NCBI GenBank assembly: GCA_000182565.2
Contig: KQ257452.1
DNA: 64,000 bases
Strand: one strand, 5' to 3'
Source: Spizellomyces punctatus DAOM BR117
Taxonomy: Eukaryota
The translations under genes were made by a program, and so were the position numbers. Of this stretch, positions 11,934 through 25,807 are shown piece after piece; the first letter of the stretch is position 1, and each line of letters opens with the position of its first letter. A model generated the notes under the pieces. That model saw only the letters and a program-made list of their open reading frames with translations, ran no database searches and was not told where the DNA came from.

Positions 11934-14900
11934 CTACACTGATTCAGAGTCACTACCACTTTCATTCCGAGATTTTCTGGCTTTTGCTTTTCCTTTCCGC
12001 TTGTCCTTTTGCCTTTCCTTGCCTTTCCGCCGGTCATTTTTGGCAGTTTCATTCTTGCGAGGAGGAGGTTTGGACGATTTGGGTTTTCGTCGTTCGTGTT
12101 CGCTCTCGCTTTCTTCTGTTCCGCTAACGCTTCCTTCGGTAGAGTACGCCGACTCACTTTCACTTACGCTCTCACTTGCACTTGAACTTTCGCTTCGGCG
12201 GCTCCTGCTACTCTGCTTTTTCTTGCGGTTCGAAGGTTTCTTGTTACCGCTTTTCCTTGCGCTACGGGTTTTGTCTCTTGATTTTGCGCTACTTTTGGTG
12301 CGCGGTGATTCAAAACTCCGTCGCATGGGCGGGTTGCCTCGTGACATGTACCCTCCCCCAGCATACATGCCCGGAGGGCCATACTGCACAGACGGTGGCG
12401 CAAGATGTTGAGGTTGGTACATGGCGGGATTGTATCCCCCATGCGGTGGCCCATAATGTTGCTGTGGAGGGCCACCATAAGGAGCAGCGTAGCCATGCCC
12501 CGGATATCCGTACCCAACAGGTGGTGCGTTCCCAAAACTTGCTCCCCTTGGTCGCATACGTGCAACAAGCGGCTCATCATCTGTAGATTCACTCTCGCTT
12601 TCTGATGCATCAGATGGGTCACTATCGCTTGGAACTTTCCGCGCCTTTCCCTTTGGATTCGGACCGGGTTTGGTCTTTTTCACCTCACTATCACCGGTCA
12701 CATCGTCGCTGTCACTCTCCGTTCCCTCACTCTCCTCTAGCTTTGACTTTTGAGGTTTGGTTTTCCGCTGGAGGTCAACAGTGTCCTCGGACAATTCCTC
12801 CTCGCTTCCCTCAGTCCCGCTGTCACTCGTTTCCTCGGTGCCGCTCTGCGACTCTTCGTCGTCAGAATCACGTTTTCGATGTGGTCGTCGGTCGGAATGA
12901 CTGGAAGAACCAGAGTATGATTGTTCTCGTTTCCACATAAATTGTTGCGGAGGCGGTGGATGAAGTCCTTTTCGTGGAAATGGCGTTTAGTTAGACGTAC
13001 GGCTGCCATTCAAACCATAATCAACCTCTAACGTACCCATACCCGGAGCGCGCATCGTCGGCAAATATTGCGGTTGTGGACCAGACCATTCTACTTGTCG
13101 CTCCTGCATCCGCTGACGCTCTTTCGCCCTACCCCACAGCAAATGTCAACCTACGTCCAATACGAAAAACTATCAACAAGATTACCTCTCTCTCTCCAGC
13201 CACTGCTGCCTCAGTTCCTCTCTCTGCATAGCCGTTGCCGGGTCCTCGTAGACCTCTCCCATTTCACTCATCGGATACCCGTATGGTGACATGCCCCACG
13301 GCCCCGGAGGCGGCATCATGCCAGGCGGGAAGCCAAACGCACCGGGTGGTGCACCAGCAGGGAAGCCACCCATGGGGGGCATACCCATGCCCATTCCCAT
13401 TGGCGGCCCCATAGGTCCCATAGGTCCCATTGGCACACCCATTCCAGCAGGCGGTCCCATAATTGATTGTCTTTGCAGTCCGGCCATGCCTCCACGAAGG
13501 TAGCTCGGGATGTATGATCCAGCCACTTGTGGTCGGTACATGCCCATCTTCTTCAGCATTTCTTTTTCCTTCTCGCGTCGATCCACTTCGGCAAGTAGTC
13601 CTCCCACAACCTTTGGTTTGCGCTCCTCTTTATCCACTTTACCCAAGAGTGGTCCGTCCTGATAGGGCATGAATGGTTGCATGTAGGCACCGGGTGGTGG
13701 GCCAGAACCGCCGTGAGCAGCTTTTGCCAAGCGTTGCTCCTGCTCCTCAAGCACATCCGGTGCAAGCTGAATCAAAGGACCTGGCCGACGTGGTGCAGCC
13801 TTGTTTCGTTCGTCAAGCTGTGCAAGCAGAGATTGAGGCGCGTACAGATTAAACTCTCCTTGATCTTGGGCTTCTTCGTCGTTCTCGTCTTCACCATTGG
13901 CAGATGCGTTGTCATTTCCCTGCTCGCGTTGTGCAGGAGGTATAGGAAGGGGCATTCCATTTGGACCGATGATCATTCCATTGGGACCCATCATCATTGG
14001 TGGCATACCTGGTATCATTCCAGACATTGGCATCATGCCAGGGATCATACTGGGCATCACACCGGGCATCAGTCCAACGTTGTTCACAGGACCCTCTTTG
14101 CCTTGACCATCCTCACCCTCAGTCTCGCTTTCACTCTCACTATCTTCATCACTCTCTTCGTCATCGCCTTCACTCTTGGTGCCATCCGCTTTAGGCTTTG
14201 ACGTCTTCTCGGACTTATTCTCAGTGTCTTCACCCTCGGATTCGCTCTCGCTCTCCTCCTCGCTGTCCGACGATTCCTTCGCGGCAATAGGGGGAACAGC
14301 GACAGGCATCGGGGGCATCATTCCCATTCCCATCGGCATCATCATACCAGGCATACCCATCCCTGGTATCATCATGCCCGGGACTAGATTTGCTTTGCTT
14401 GTGCTGGCTTCGACTACGCTTGAGTCATCACTTTGCTCGCTTTGGCTACCATCGCCGGTACTGCTACTTTCCTCATCCTCCTCGTTTGTGTTTCCAGGCT
14501 GTGCGGGATTCTGTGCTTGAAATTGTGCATTGTAGGCGGCTGCATCAACATACTGATACTGCCAAGCCCATTGGCCGTTTGGCTGCATAACGGGAACAGG
14601 TACCATCATTACTGGCTGTTGCAGCTGCTGTGGTTGATTGGGAAGGGGTTTCTCCTTTGGTACTTCAGCACCGTTGGCAACATTGAGTTCTTTACTAGGA
14701 ACTTCAGGTACGGTTTCGCTCCCCGGTGTTTGAACGACAGGGGCGCCGGTGATGGAGCGCACACCTTCGGGAAGTGGGATCACAGGCTCGTTTTTCCCCT
14801 CGGTCTCCGCTCCCGGGGTTTCTCCATTAATACCTTGCACAGGTTCCTCGCTACCATCCTCGGGCTTCTCGGCATCCGTAAGGTCAATCTTTTCAACAGA

Positions 14901-17318
14901 CTCCGCCAGTTCAGTTACTACAGCAGGCTGAACTGGATTCATTTCGTTCGTGACGACTTCCGACTCTTGAGTTCCAGCAGCATCTTTGTTCACATTCGAC
15001 GCGTCCTTGACGCGGTCGGCAGAAATGGATTTCCTATTGGCCACCATACTCTTTCTAGATGCGCCCTCACCAGGCTTTTGTTCCTGTGAAGGAACAACCA
15101 TCCGACCAAGCCAGGCCACTAGCTCAGCAGTTTTATGCTCGACTTCTCGGACCTCATACTTTCTCCGTCCTTCTTCTCCTGCTGCAACCGCATCGTTCCA
15201 CTGAATGATAAAGCCGTCCGTTTTCGCTTTTGTCTTGTCTCGTAATACTTCAGCGTACCGGACACTAATACTGGCATACACTTCTCCTTGCATGTTTAAT
15301 CCCCCAATTTCTTCGACAGAGAGATATAATAGACCCCACATGGTCCCGCTGCTATATTCATCACTCTCCGATCCCGAGCCAGAGTCCGATGCATCCTTAG
15401 AAAATTGACCTTTGATACGCTTTGCGATTCCCACCTCGCCTTCCGCAATTTCCTTTTCGCGTCTCGCGAGATCCGAATCGAGGTTGAAGGTGCCCAGTAC
15501 AGCGATCAGCCATCGTGCAATTTCCGACGAATCCACTCCTCGAATATCAACAAACCCTGGGCTCGCTCGGGCGTCTGTCTGATTAGTAAATCCTCGGAGA
15601 GGGTCATCGGCAGTGGCAGCATAGCCTGCTGGTCCAACTAGAGCAAAAGTATCCTTCATAGGGGCATCCATATCGCGCTTCTCAATCCGCTCTCCCGATT
15701 CTGGATCGTACAGAGTCAACGACCCTTCTAAACGCGCAACAGACGCAGCACCCTTTTCCACGAGAGCAAGTGGCTCAGGTTGTAGTATATATGCCATGCG
15801 CACAATATCCATGGTAAACACCGGTTTGCCTTTTTTCACATCGGCTTTTGTCTCGTAAAATCCTACTTGACGCTTCGTACCATTTAATGGGTCAAGGTCG
15901 CTTGGGATAAGCGATGATGCACGTTTCTTGCCTCCGAAAAGCTTCTTTCCCAATGAAGCTGTTCCACTACGCTTGACAACGACATGAAAAGGCTTCCACT
16001 CGTTGGCATAAGTATACTTGACTTCAACCATTCCCTCATACTTTATTTCATGTTTGTGAGTCGCACTGTGGAATGGAACTACACCAATGTCCTTCCAAGC
16101 TGTTGCGTAGGTTGCCCGTTTCAGCATCTTCAACGTGAACAGTTCGCTGACTTTTGCGGCCTCAAAAACTGCCAAGCGAATGGCCGCTACCCAGGTATTA
16201 CACTGAATGGAGGACAGTGACGCTAGATAAAACAGATTTGATCCTGCCGTCGACAGGGCGAAAAGAGTCGTATATGGCACCGGGGGCGGAGTCGCGAGGC
16301 CCGGCCCCTGCTTGACTTGAAAGTTTTGAGGGAGCACCTCGACGACACTCTCCGTAATGTCAATGACAACAGGATGTGGTTGAGCTGTCTTGATGGTAGC
16401 AATGGTAGAAGGCGCGGGATCAAGCTCTAAACGCAGTACTTTATCGACAGTGGGTGTCGGATTATAAGTCAAGGCAATGATATGCTCGGGAACGCGCCAC
16501 AATTTGAGAGTGGTGCCACGTAGTTCTGCCCAGAACTTTCCCCACTCTCCATTAACATCACCCTTGATTTCTGGCTCATCTTTTGCGCTCAATGGTCGAC
16601 CTCGCACTCCAAGTTCATTCTTCTTGTAGATATAACCATCTGTATATTTCTTTTTGGACAAGGTTTGGATGATCGGGAGTAGGTGTTCCATATCAGCAGA
16701 AAGCGGCGGTAGTTCTTCCTGTTGCGTCTGCGCAACGGGAAGAGGAAGCACATTCTTAAGGCGAACCGATGCAATTGCAGAATCACCTACGCTAGGCGGT
16801 GGTGATATGTCCACCAAAGTGGCAGACTTTTGGCGAGCATGGCGAGCATGGCTACTCGGAGATGTGAGAGTTGGTTCAACATGTACACTATCGGTCGACG
16901 GTCGTTTACTCTGTGGAGGTGTAGTTTGCTTCCACAAACTTGAAAAGGGTCGAGATTTGCTACCATCTGTGGACTGGCGGCCCTTGGTAGTAGGGACGAG
17001 AGGTGGGGAATTTGGAGGGGAATCCGGTTTACGGACAGAGAGGCGATTGGGTGACGAAGGTCCTTTCTGTACCGCCCGAGACGCATTTGCATATGATGGT
17101 CCATCAGCGACAGCATGCAGTAATCCACCAATATCAGCGGGCTTGGAGGACCCTGAGGAAAGCTGTGGTTTTGGGACCTTATGCCCTGGCCTCAAGTTTG
17201 CACGCGAAAAACTTGGTCGAGGAGTGGCCTCCGGGTCGGAAGAAGATGTTGTGTCAGAGTCCGACTCGTCAGTGGACGAGTCTGCTCGTCTTGGAGGAGT
17301 ACCTTTAGGAAAAAGCAT
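11934..17318 (-). CDS. Large PH-domain protein of the Skg3/Caf120 type with Pro/Met/Gly-rich and Ser/Glu/Lys-rich tail
   Basis: DGYIYKKN...WGKFWAELRGTTLKLW, LSTAGSNLF, WVAAIRLAVFE and GGLLAEVDRREKEK. Two short introns (13129-13185 and about 12968-13036) join the 1421 aa and 334 aa ORFs in frame. Confidence 0.75.
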
Positions 17319-18101
17319 TGTGAAACACTGTACCTGGAAAACAGAACAACCAAATGGCTCATTGCCAATAGTGCCTTCACGACAACCTTCTAAAGCACCC
17401 TGGCCCTCCTTCGAGGAACTCACCTTTCTGGACTCCCCTTCTCTCATCCCCTCGTGAAACCGGTTTCCTTGACGCTACATTCTGGACCTTGTTGTAGAGT
17501 GCATCCAGTTCCTCTGAAGAAAAGAGGGACATTAATAGTACAACTAGTGTAAACTAGTATGATTCCTGTATGCCGCGACGGAAAGAAATGGGTAATATGG
17601 ACAAGGAAAGATCTAATTAATGACCTGTATGCAAAAGAAGTCTGATGGCCAATGAGCCGTTGACCTCGAACGACTTTCCTCAAAACCAGAGCCATTTTGC
17701 AGCTGTGCCACCCAGTGCCTATAGCCGTTTGCGGACATGGGTTATTTTTAGCTTGGATTTACTATTTCAACGTGCATCCCCAATTTTGCAGATCCATAGC
17801 AAGAAAAAAAAACACATCATTAGCAGTGTCGCTATCCAAAAGATGTGCCCATCTCCTCTTTAGATCATATTCTCTTCCTCGCATATCAAACAATGATTTG
17901 GGATCTTAAGAGGCCACGATCCGAATGTAAATAAAAATTAAAAAAACAAAAAACAACAACAACATAGCCTTGAACAGTCGACGAGTTCAACGTCGACATA
18001 CAAAAAACAACAGAATCAGCCTTCTTATTTGAACACGGGAAATTGTGGTTGGGAGAAAAGATTTCACGCAACAGGCTACTGGACAGCGAGATCAGTCCAA
18101 T

Positions 18102-19660
18102 TTAGTAGCGGTCGAGCATTCTTGAGGGGTCGACACCCTTGTCTCTTATCGGGATGTCTTGAACGCCTTGGGCAACAAGGCATTTCGATAAATCTGTTGA
18201 CTACATGAATACAAGAATGAGAGGCCGGTAACCGCGCAAAGGACGTTCAGGGTCCCAAGATGAAACAAGGAGATAGCTTACCTCCAACATGCCAGGAAAC
18301 TGCTTTGCGCGGTAACATGTAAATACATCCGATAACGTCATTGCTTGTATGGGTATCGCTGATGATAGGGCAGCCTCCTCAGCCATGTTGATATGCTCTT
18401 GCGAGGTCAACGCGGTCGTAACTCTAGAGGTGCTCGCTACCGGTCGGAATGCTGATGGCCCTGATGACGTTCGCAGCCCTCCGGATGTCAGCACGTTTTG
18501 CTCCTCCCCATCAGTTGTGCCCGCCCTGCAAATGTTACTACTATCAGATCCAAGTGACCGGCAACTTCACTCAAATACAGTAATCGCTATACAGAGGGCC
18601 AACGCGGCAGAATTTGCATGTGAACCGATCCGGTTCCACCAGAATCTTTCTTTTCTTTCATTCTCTCTCCCTTCTGTCCCTCGCTACACTATCCTACTTA
18701 CCCTGTTCCTCTCTCAAAAACTGGCCTCAAGTCTACCAATCTAAACTTGAGCCTCAAATGTCCCGGTGGACGAACGGACAAGTCAGGGAATATAAACATA
18801 AGCTTTTTCACACCGTGCACGTCCTTTAGAGGCTGAGCCGTCGCAACCGCGCAACCGACCAATGCGTGCTGACTTGCACCAAGTTCACCGGCCGATTCGT
18901 CGGCGTAAATATTGTTAATGAGACCTCGGTCCTCTGTCCCATCGGCACTACACAACGAAGCATGGCACACAAGGTATGGTTCTTCTTGCGCACTAAAAAC
19001 AACGATCGAGGAAAACCAGTTTCAGTGGAGGTTGGGTCCTTGTATCTAGAAATGCAAGTAGCCACCATGACACCGTGACACCACGATCTCGTCTTACCTG
19101 GAATCTCGGATATTTCTCTCGTCATATTTGATTAGCTCCACTACTGGTGGCTATTATACAGTCGAGCAAAAAGATGATTGCAAAAAGGGACGTGCAGGCG
19201 AATCTCAGCTAGTAGTATGAGAAGGGGATTGACGTGCAGAACTTACAGGATCCACTCGTCGTCGATCTGACATAACGGGAACAAATGATGTGTCAATATC
19301 TTGTTCTGGTAAGAGCATTTTCACACCATTTTTTTGGCCCCATAATGGTGGCAAAAAGACATTCTTCCCAGCAATTCAGCATTTGCGCTGTCGTATACCC
19401 GGCTTATCTTACATCCTAAGCAAACGTGCCTTTTACTACTAACCTTTTGTTCCAAACCCGCAGGCTCGCGCGCGTATAGGCTGCTGCAAGACGCGTAGTT
19501 CGTATCGGACACTCCCTGGCGCTGGACTCTTCAAACTAGTTTGATCGACAAGTTCCACACGACGACGGCGACAAGGTTGAGGTACGTGACGACGTTGGAG
19601 TGCATGCGAGTAGTAAAAGAACGGGAGCGAGGTGGAAACAACGAGATCAATATCCATCAT
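18102..19660 (-). CDS. Velvet-domain transcription factor (6 exons, including a 20-nt microexon at 19247-19266)
   Basis: Spliced product contains [53 protein letters not shown] and SDVFTCYRAKQFPGMLESTDLSKCLVAQG. Confidence 0.9.
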
Positions 19661-21001
19661 GTCAAAAAGTCGCGTCGCTGGTAGACAGGGCAATGAATGG
19701 GAATTTTTAGGGTGTCCCCTCCGAGGGCCCGTCAATCACTCAGCGCAACTCTGTTGGTGACGCGACCCAATGCAACGGAAACATTCCAAAACCAGCGTCG
19801 CCGAGAAAATATCAAAGGAATGGAAGGAATACCTTTGTTCGCTTGGATGAGGCCGGAGCCTTCCTGCGTCAGACTGTTGAAGCGAGGCCATGAGGTTGTT
19901 GCCTCGGCTTTTTGGCTACGATAATGACTGTGTACCGCCAAGCACCCGCAAGACCACAAGAAGGTGAAATGTGTTAGCTCCGGTATCCCGCTAATCAACA
20001 GGTTTAAAGAAGAGTATAACACAACACCAGGCACGGCGGAGCGCGGTCCTTGTTGGCTCGTTTCAAGTCTATATCAAAAGGCGCCCAAAGGACGAATCAC
20101 CATTATCATTCCATTTGTCAAGGGATTTCCATCGTCCTTGTCATTGACAGCAATGGGATTGTGTTTTCCGTCCGCACCCAGTTGATTTCCGACGAGAGGC
20201 TCAAGCGTACCTGTGACAAATATGGTGCTGTTTATAGTTTAATCTATAAATGTCGGCAAACATGCGCCTCGGATCCAAATGTCGGGGCGTTCCGTGCAGC
20301 AGCAGGTAGATACAGCTTGTCGGTGACGTCCTCGACGACGATAAAGTCCGTCTTGCAGCATTCCTGCGGCTTCGTGAAAATCCAGGTCACAACGTTAAAA
20401 GAAAAAACGGGGCGGATGCGACGACGATGAACCATGGCTCAAGGCTTGCCATACTAAGCCTCTTGCGACTAAGCCCCGTGAGTAAGCTGACTCCCAACGG
20501 GACGGAAGGCCTGGATTCTCGCACGGGGACACATTTGACTGGTGGAACCGGGTGAACGGGAAGGGTCGGCACTGGAAGACAGGCAGCCAATCGGAGATGG
20601 ACATAGTGTACATGCACGTGATAATGAGATTGAGTGCGTTACCATTTGCTTACACGAGCCGTCGTAGGAACTTTTGTTTGTTTTGGGCCGAATGGGATGA
20701 AGCAAGTTGCAAATGACTTTAGGCTTCCTTCAGCTGGGCATCCCCGGCTGTCCTCCGTCGATCGCTTGTCCCCCTCGAACAGATGGGCGCCAAGTCCAAA
20801 CGACAAGACCTTTCCAAAGAGGCAAAAAGACCCTTGTGATGGATCCTTACACTCTGCCAAAGAATAGATTTGTTCTGGTTGCTTACAAATCCACGTTCCA
20901 AAGGTGTCTCCGTTTGAATGTTGCTATAGTAATACATGTGGCACAGTTTGCTAGCAGTCATCTGCAAAAGAGTCCAAGCGATCAAGGTTCTGGTCAAGAA
21001 A

Positions 21002-22596
21002 ATGCATGCTAGCATCGCACTCCGGACATGCATTCCGAGGATCCACGTCGCGATTGGCCCATGTAGGTGGAGTTACTGGAGGTTACTTGGAGGCCTTTTA
21101 TATACTCATATGGTATGTCGATAGGTTTAGAAGCGTATCGCTCCGCGATCAACACAACCAATTCAAAGGACAGGATAAAGGAACTTGGCAGTGTTTGCGG
21201 GGCCAATGTAAATGTGACACGGCATCGAACAGAGGCACACCTTGTTCGACAACTGGTTGAACTCTTTGATCAAGAAAAGCCGGACTTGATTATTTTGAAT
21301 CCCGGAATATTAGCCCGGGTACGCTGGTTTTCTGGTTTTGCTGGTCTGCCCGATCTATCCCAACATTCCAATACTTTTACATTTACGTAGGGCGCTGTCG
21401 TACTCAAAGGTGTACTGCGCGAAATACATGCACAAGCAGCGGAATGCAAGCAAGCGGTGAATATCCAAGAAGTTATTCCCAAAGTTCTAGATCCATCAGA
21501 TCTGACTTCACTGTGTCCGGCGGGCTCTATTCAAAATCTCGGCGATGCTTCGTACAGTATCGCCATCACGGAATTTTGTCGGAAATTCCATGAAGCCCAG
21601 GCCAAGGCCGCGCTTGCTAAGACTAACGTATCAGAATCGGATCCTGTGCAGGACGAGAACCCAAGAAATGCAACGGTAACTGGGAATAAGCCAGCGGAAT
21701 CCAGAATGACTGATCTTCAGTTCCAGCCAAAACTTTATTCCCGAAATCGAGCCGTGCAGGCTGCGGTTATTGCAGAATCGATACGATTGGATAGATACCC
21801 CTTAGGGGATGAAGACGAGGAAGAAATCCTGCAACGCAACTCTGAGGCGTTTGCCAAATCAGCTCTACTTGGTGAAGGGGACAATGAAGATGGTGAACAG
21901 GTCGCAAGTACTTTGCTCGCCTCAACGTCTGAACAACATCGCGAAGAAATGACGGAAGGAAATGTCCCTGCGATCACAAGCTCGTCGCAACATTCCGTCG
22001 CTAAAGGACAATCCAAGCAGAGAGGATCAAAAGATCATGCCACCAGATTCTCAGAGCATGTTGCGCGAAAACAATATGACAGGGAGTGGAGGAAAGGAAG
22101 GGAGGTCACCAGAAGCCCGGCAGAGGATTCCACACCGAAACGAGAATGGAAAAGTAGAAAGCGAATTTCAGAAAAAGTTGCCCAAGACACCTTACCTCAA
22201 GACACTTCTGAGGCCCCCGCAAACGAGACAATACCGCAGCGTCCACCACGGCGCACCATAACCGTCCTCGCACAATCAACACCTTCGTCACCGACCTTTG
22301 AAAGAAGAGAGATCACACCACAATCAACACCTTCGTCACCGACCTTTGAAAAAAGAGAGATCACACCACAATCAACACCTTCGTCACCGACCTTTGAAAA
22401 AAGAGAGATCACACCAGATGGACCCGATTATGAAAAGATTGCAGATGAATCTTCGTGGCAATCTCCAAATACTATTTCCGAGCAAATCAATGGTCAACGC
22501 CCAGCCGCAGGAGATTATCTGAATCTATTTGAAGAACAATACTTTGGAGAGCTCATCGACAAGCTTGAACGGTCGACATCCACAAAAGACTGGTAG
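21002..22596 (+). CDS. Type II dehydroquinase-like N-terminal domain fused to a disordered, repeat-containing tail
   Basis: Introns 21063-21124 and 21319-21390 give IHVAIGPCLEAY...TEAHLVRQL...DLIILNPG...GAVVLKGVL...IQEV...GSIQNLGDASYSIAI, colinear with the AroQ/QutE consensus. Start codon uncertain. Confidence 0.6.
22273..22416 (+). repeat. Coding tandem repeat, 3 x 48 bp (QSTPSSPTFE[R/K]REITP)
   Basis: Three near-identical copies of caatcaacaccttcgtcaccgacctttgaaa(g/a)aagagagatcacacca. Confidence 0.97.
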
Positions 22597-22749
22597 TCAA
22601 ACACCAAAAAAAGACTCGCATCGGATCCTCACTAATTCACTGTACAAATTTATTATAATAGAACATGTGTACCTAAACTGCAAAATTACAAAAGACTATA
22701 TCTCATACTACAAAAACCTGATAGGCCATTTCAATTTTACAACAATAGA

Positions 22750-23478
22750 TTACAATGCAATCTTTGCATTTGGCAAAGGAGGCACTACAGGTGGATCGGC
22801 AGGGGTAGGAGCAGCAGGGGCTTTTCCCGAGGCGTGTGTCTCATGAGCCACAGTCGGCTGGTGCGTCTCCGCTGTCAGATCACGCTTGCCTCCGATCGGA
22901 GCCGGTAAACCGGTAGCAGCCCATGCACCCGTGGAATCGTTCACGGCAGCAGGAGCAGCGTGTGCCGGGACATCGTCGAGATTCCCATCCTCCAAATCCT
23001 TGACGGCCACGACGGGCATTGAAGCATGTTTCGCGACATAGTGTCCCACCCCCGTATGAAACAACCTGGAAATAATCCCCTTCCTCTCCAAACTCCCAAC
23101 TAAAATGACATCCGGTTTGGTATCATTGGCCAAGTTGACCAAATACTTGCCAGCTTTTTCCTCGCATTCAACAATGACTGTCAACGGAAAACTCTTGCCA
23201 GCCTTACTACACACTTGTTGAAGTTTAACTTGAATATCTTTGTATGCTTTATCTTTTTCGGCGTGTTTATATTCGGCCCATGCGTCAAGAGATCGGCCCG
23301 TTGGCATTGGGGTATGCCGGACATTGACGGCTGTAAGTTCATCATTGGAGTGCAGATAGTGCTTGAGGACCCATTCGAGATGGTTGTAATCTGCTTCAGT
23401 GTCGTCGAGACAATAAAGGATCTTGCGGCCTTTGGTAGCGGGGAGGGGTGCTGGCGTGATTTCGACAGGTTGCGTCAT
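22750..23478 (-). CDS. Universal stress protein (UspA domain)
   Basis: RKILYCLD...WVLKHY...DVILVGS...GIISRLFHTGVGHYVAKHASMPVVAVK; TATA-like element upstream at about 23621-23628. Confidence 0.85.
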   Translation of the reverse strand: MTQPVEITPAPLPATKGRKILYCLDDTEADYNHLEWVLKHYLHSNDELTAVNVRHTPMPTGRSLDAWAEYKHAEKDKAYKDIQVKLQQVCSKAGKSFPLTVIVECEEKAGKYLVNLANDTKPDVILVGSLERKGIISRLFHTGVGHYVAKHASMPVVAVKDLEDGNLDDVPAHAAPAAVNDSTGAWAATGLPAPIGGKRDLTAETHQPTVAHETHASGKAPAAPTPADPPVVPPLPNAKIAL

Positions 23479-24066
23479 GTTCAATTTGTATATGTGCGTG
23501 GGGATTGGTGTTGGTTTGCTGTTGGCTTTCGTATGGATTCTTTTACGATGTTCTTGCTGTAACTTGAATGCAAAACGTAATAGTGGCAGGAAAAAGGGCT
23601 TTTGCAAATGTCCCTAGCGTTTTTATAACCCCCTCCGATACCAGCCCTTTATCACACATGTTACGTCATGTTCCATCACGTTGTGTACATTACATTGCGC
23701 AGCAGCCATGTGAATCATTTCCAACAACAAGCGATCAAGGCTTGTTGGGAGGAACACTGTTGTGAAAAGTCATTATCATTCACATGGATTGGGGTGTAGA
23801 TTTCTTATCTCCATTGGAGGTCTTTTCTTGCTTTTGACAGCGGGGGGTTCTGTTTGACCTTTAGATTGGACCATCCGCGGTGACCTACGAGGAACAATGT
23901 AAGAGCACGGTTCAAAAACATGCAATGCTCTTTGCGAGCTTTTCTTGAGCTGAGCTGAGGATGTTCTTCATTGGGGGTTGGTCATGTTCTGTATATTGCA
24001 GAGGTTGGATACAAAAAAAGAAAATTCCATCCGCGTAGAGTAAAAACCAAGCGTTGTGTGAAGAAA

Positions 24067-24149
24067 TGGGTGCTGTGAGATTCGAACTCACGCCTCCGGA
24101 GAGACTACGACCTGAACGTAGCGCCTTAGACCAACTCGGCCAAACACCC
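24067..24149 (-). tRNA. tRNA-Leu(CAG)
   Basis: GGGTGTT...AGCACCC acceptor stem, D-loop TGGCCGAGTTGGTCTAAGGC, anticodon arm CTACG-TTCAGGT-CGTAG, long variable arm, T-loop GTTCGAATC. Confidence 0.97.
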
Positions 24150-25245
24150 TGAAGAAATTACGACCGATAAGATATACTTATTGTAATTGTCATGTAGCAT
24201 GGTGTTTAATCCGTGCCCATCCCGACTGCAATCAACTCGGGCCCTGTACTTGGCATGCTGAACAGGAGACCTTCCAAGAGCGACTGGTTTTTAGATCTTT
24301 AAAAATCTACTGGCGCGAACACAGATGTTGATATGAGTAGATATCTATGGTTTGGATAGATTGCTGGTATCAGTTTTGGAACATTCGTGAGGAAAAGAAA
24401 CTAACCCTACTATTGGGTCATGGATCTTTTCATCAGACCCTTCTATTCATATCATTAAAAAAAATAAATCCATCGTTCCTTGTCCCATTATATGTTGTGG
24501 CATGTTTGATTCATCAAGCGTATGTCACCCATATTCTTTATGGCTTTCCAGTTACGCCTTTCAGCCCAATGGCCAAACGATGACTTTTTACCTGTCATCT
24601 CGGACGGAATTGGGCGCCTTGTGCTGAACTGAACTTGCCAATCAGCTCCATGCATATTAACAACATATTGACAAGGCTCAAGACGGTGGAGAGGATCATG
24701 GATGAAGATCTTGCAGACCATTTCGAGTCCATTAGATTTTTGATAGATTCTATTGTAGTATCTAATAAAGAGCAAGCCTTTATCTTTGGGGTCGCTTCAT
24801 GTCAACGATTAAGCGAATCTCACACTCGACGTTTCGCGGAATCCTTCAGACGTCATGGTCGGGTCATATTGCCTTTCGGACATTTTAAGCATGTCGCGGT
24901 ATGTAATTAAATACTGGATCTTTGCAAAATCATTGGGTCAGCAGCCATCAAAGAGATGAGGATCTGTAAGCCACATTTAACGATAACACACACATTGATC
25001 TCATCTTTTGCTTCCAAGTAGATCTAATATTGCCAACTGGGATTTCAAACAAGGTTCGCTCTTGTGACAACTCGCGATCTTTCATCAACTGCTGCCAAGG
25101 TATAAGAATACAAGGATATGTTGTTTTTGGCCCGAGGTATTTCAAAAGCCGTGCACGTTCTACTTTTGAGGATCGCCGTGTCGCGACAGTCCTTTCTTGC
25201 GTCATTTGTTTTGCTTTTTGAGGATCTTCTTTGTTTTTCCTTCCA

Positions 25246-25289
25246 TTTGCTATTGCTTTGCTATTGCTTTCCTATTGCTTTCCTATTGC
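25246..25289. repeat. 11-bp tandem repeat x4 (ttt[g/c]ctattgc)
   Basis: Directly visible. Confidence 0.85.
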
Positions 25290-25807
25290 CTTTAACGCGC
25301 TTGTTGAAATGCGTCATGACGTGTGCATTTGATTGGCTACTTGCATCTCTCGTGGGAAAGGCGAGCAAACGAACGTGAGCGCTGATCCCTTCCGCCATCT
25401 GCCCATTTCCCAAATTACAATACCTTTTTGACCCGCATTTCCCTATTTTTATTTTTTGATTCTCTCCCGGCAAACAGCTCACACTGGCTGGCGAAAAGCA
25501 TAAAGAGCTCCCGTCCCCCACGCCCCCCTTCCCTTTTTTCCCCATCCGCAGCGGATCCCACCCAGTTATCACATGCGCCCACATTACGCTGCCCTCTACT
25601 ATTTATTCCACAATCTAGTAGATCCCACGACCATTACAAAGAGGAACTGCCCAAAAGTCCTAGCATTGCTTCTTGCTTCCGTTTACCTATTTCCGTTTCC
25701 CCCGTCGCTCCTACGTAGAACCGCTGGCTTGATTCATCGCGTTCACCTCCACCGCACCCGAGATACCCAATCCGTATACCCAATAGTATCAACAACACTT
25801 TTTCATA

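Noticed and set aside
24350-25600. Short ORFs between the tRNA and the SET-like gene
   Set aside because: No motifs and no consistent splice model.
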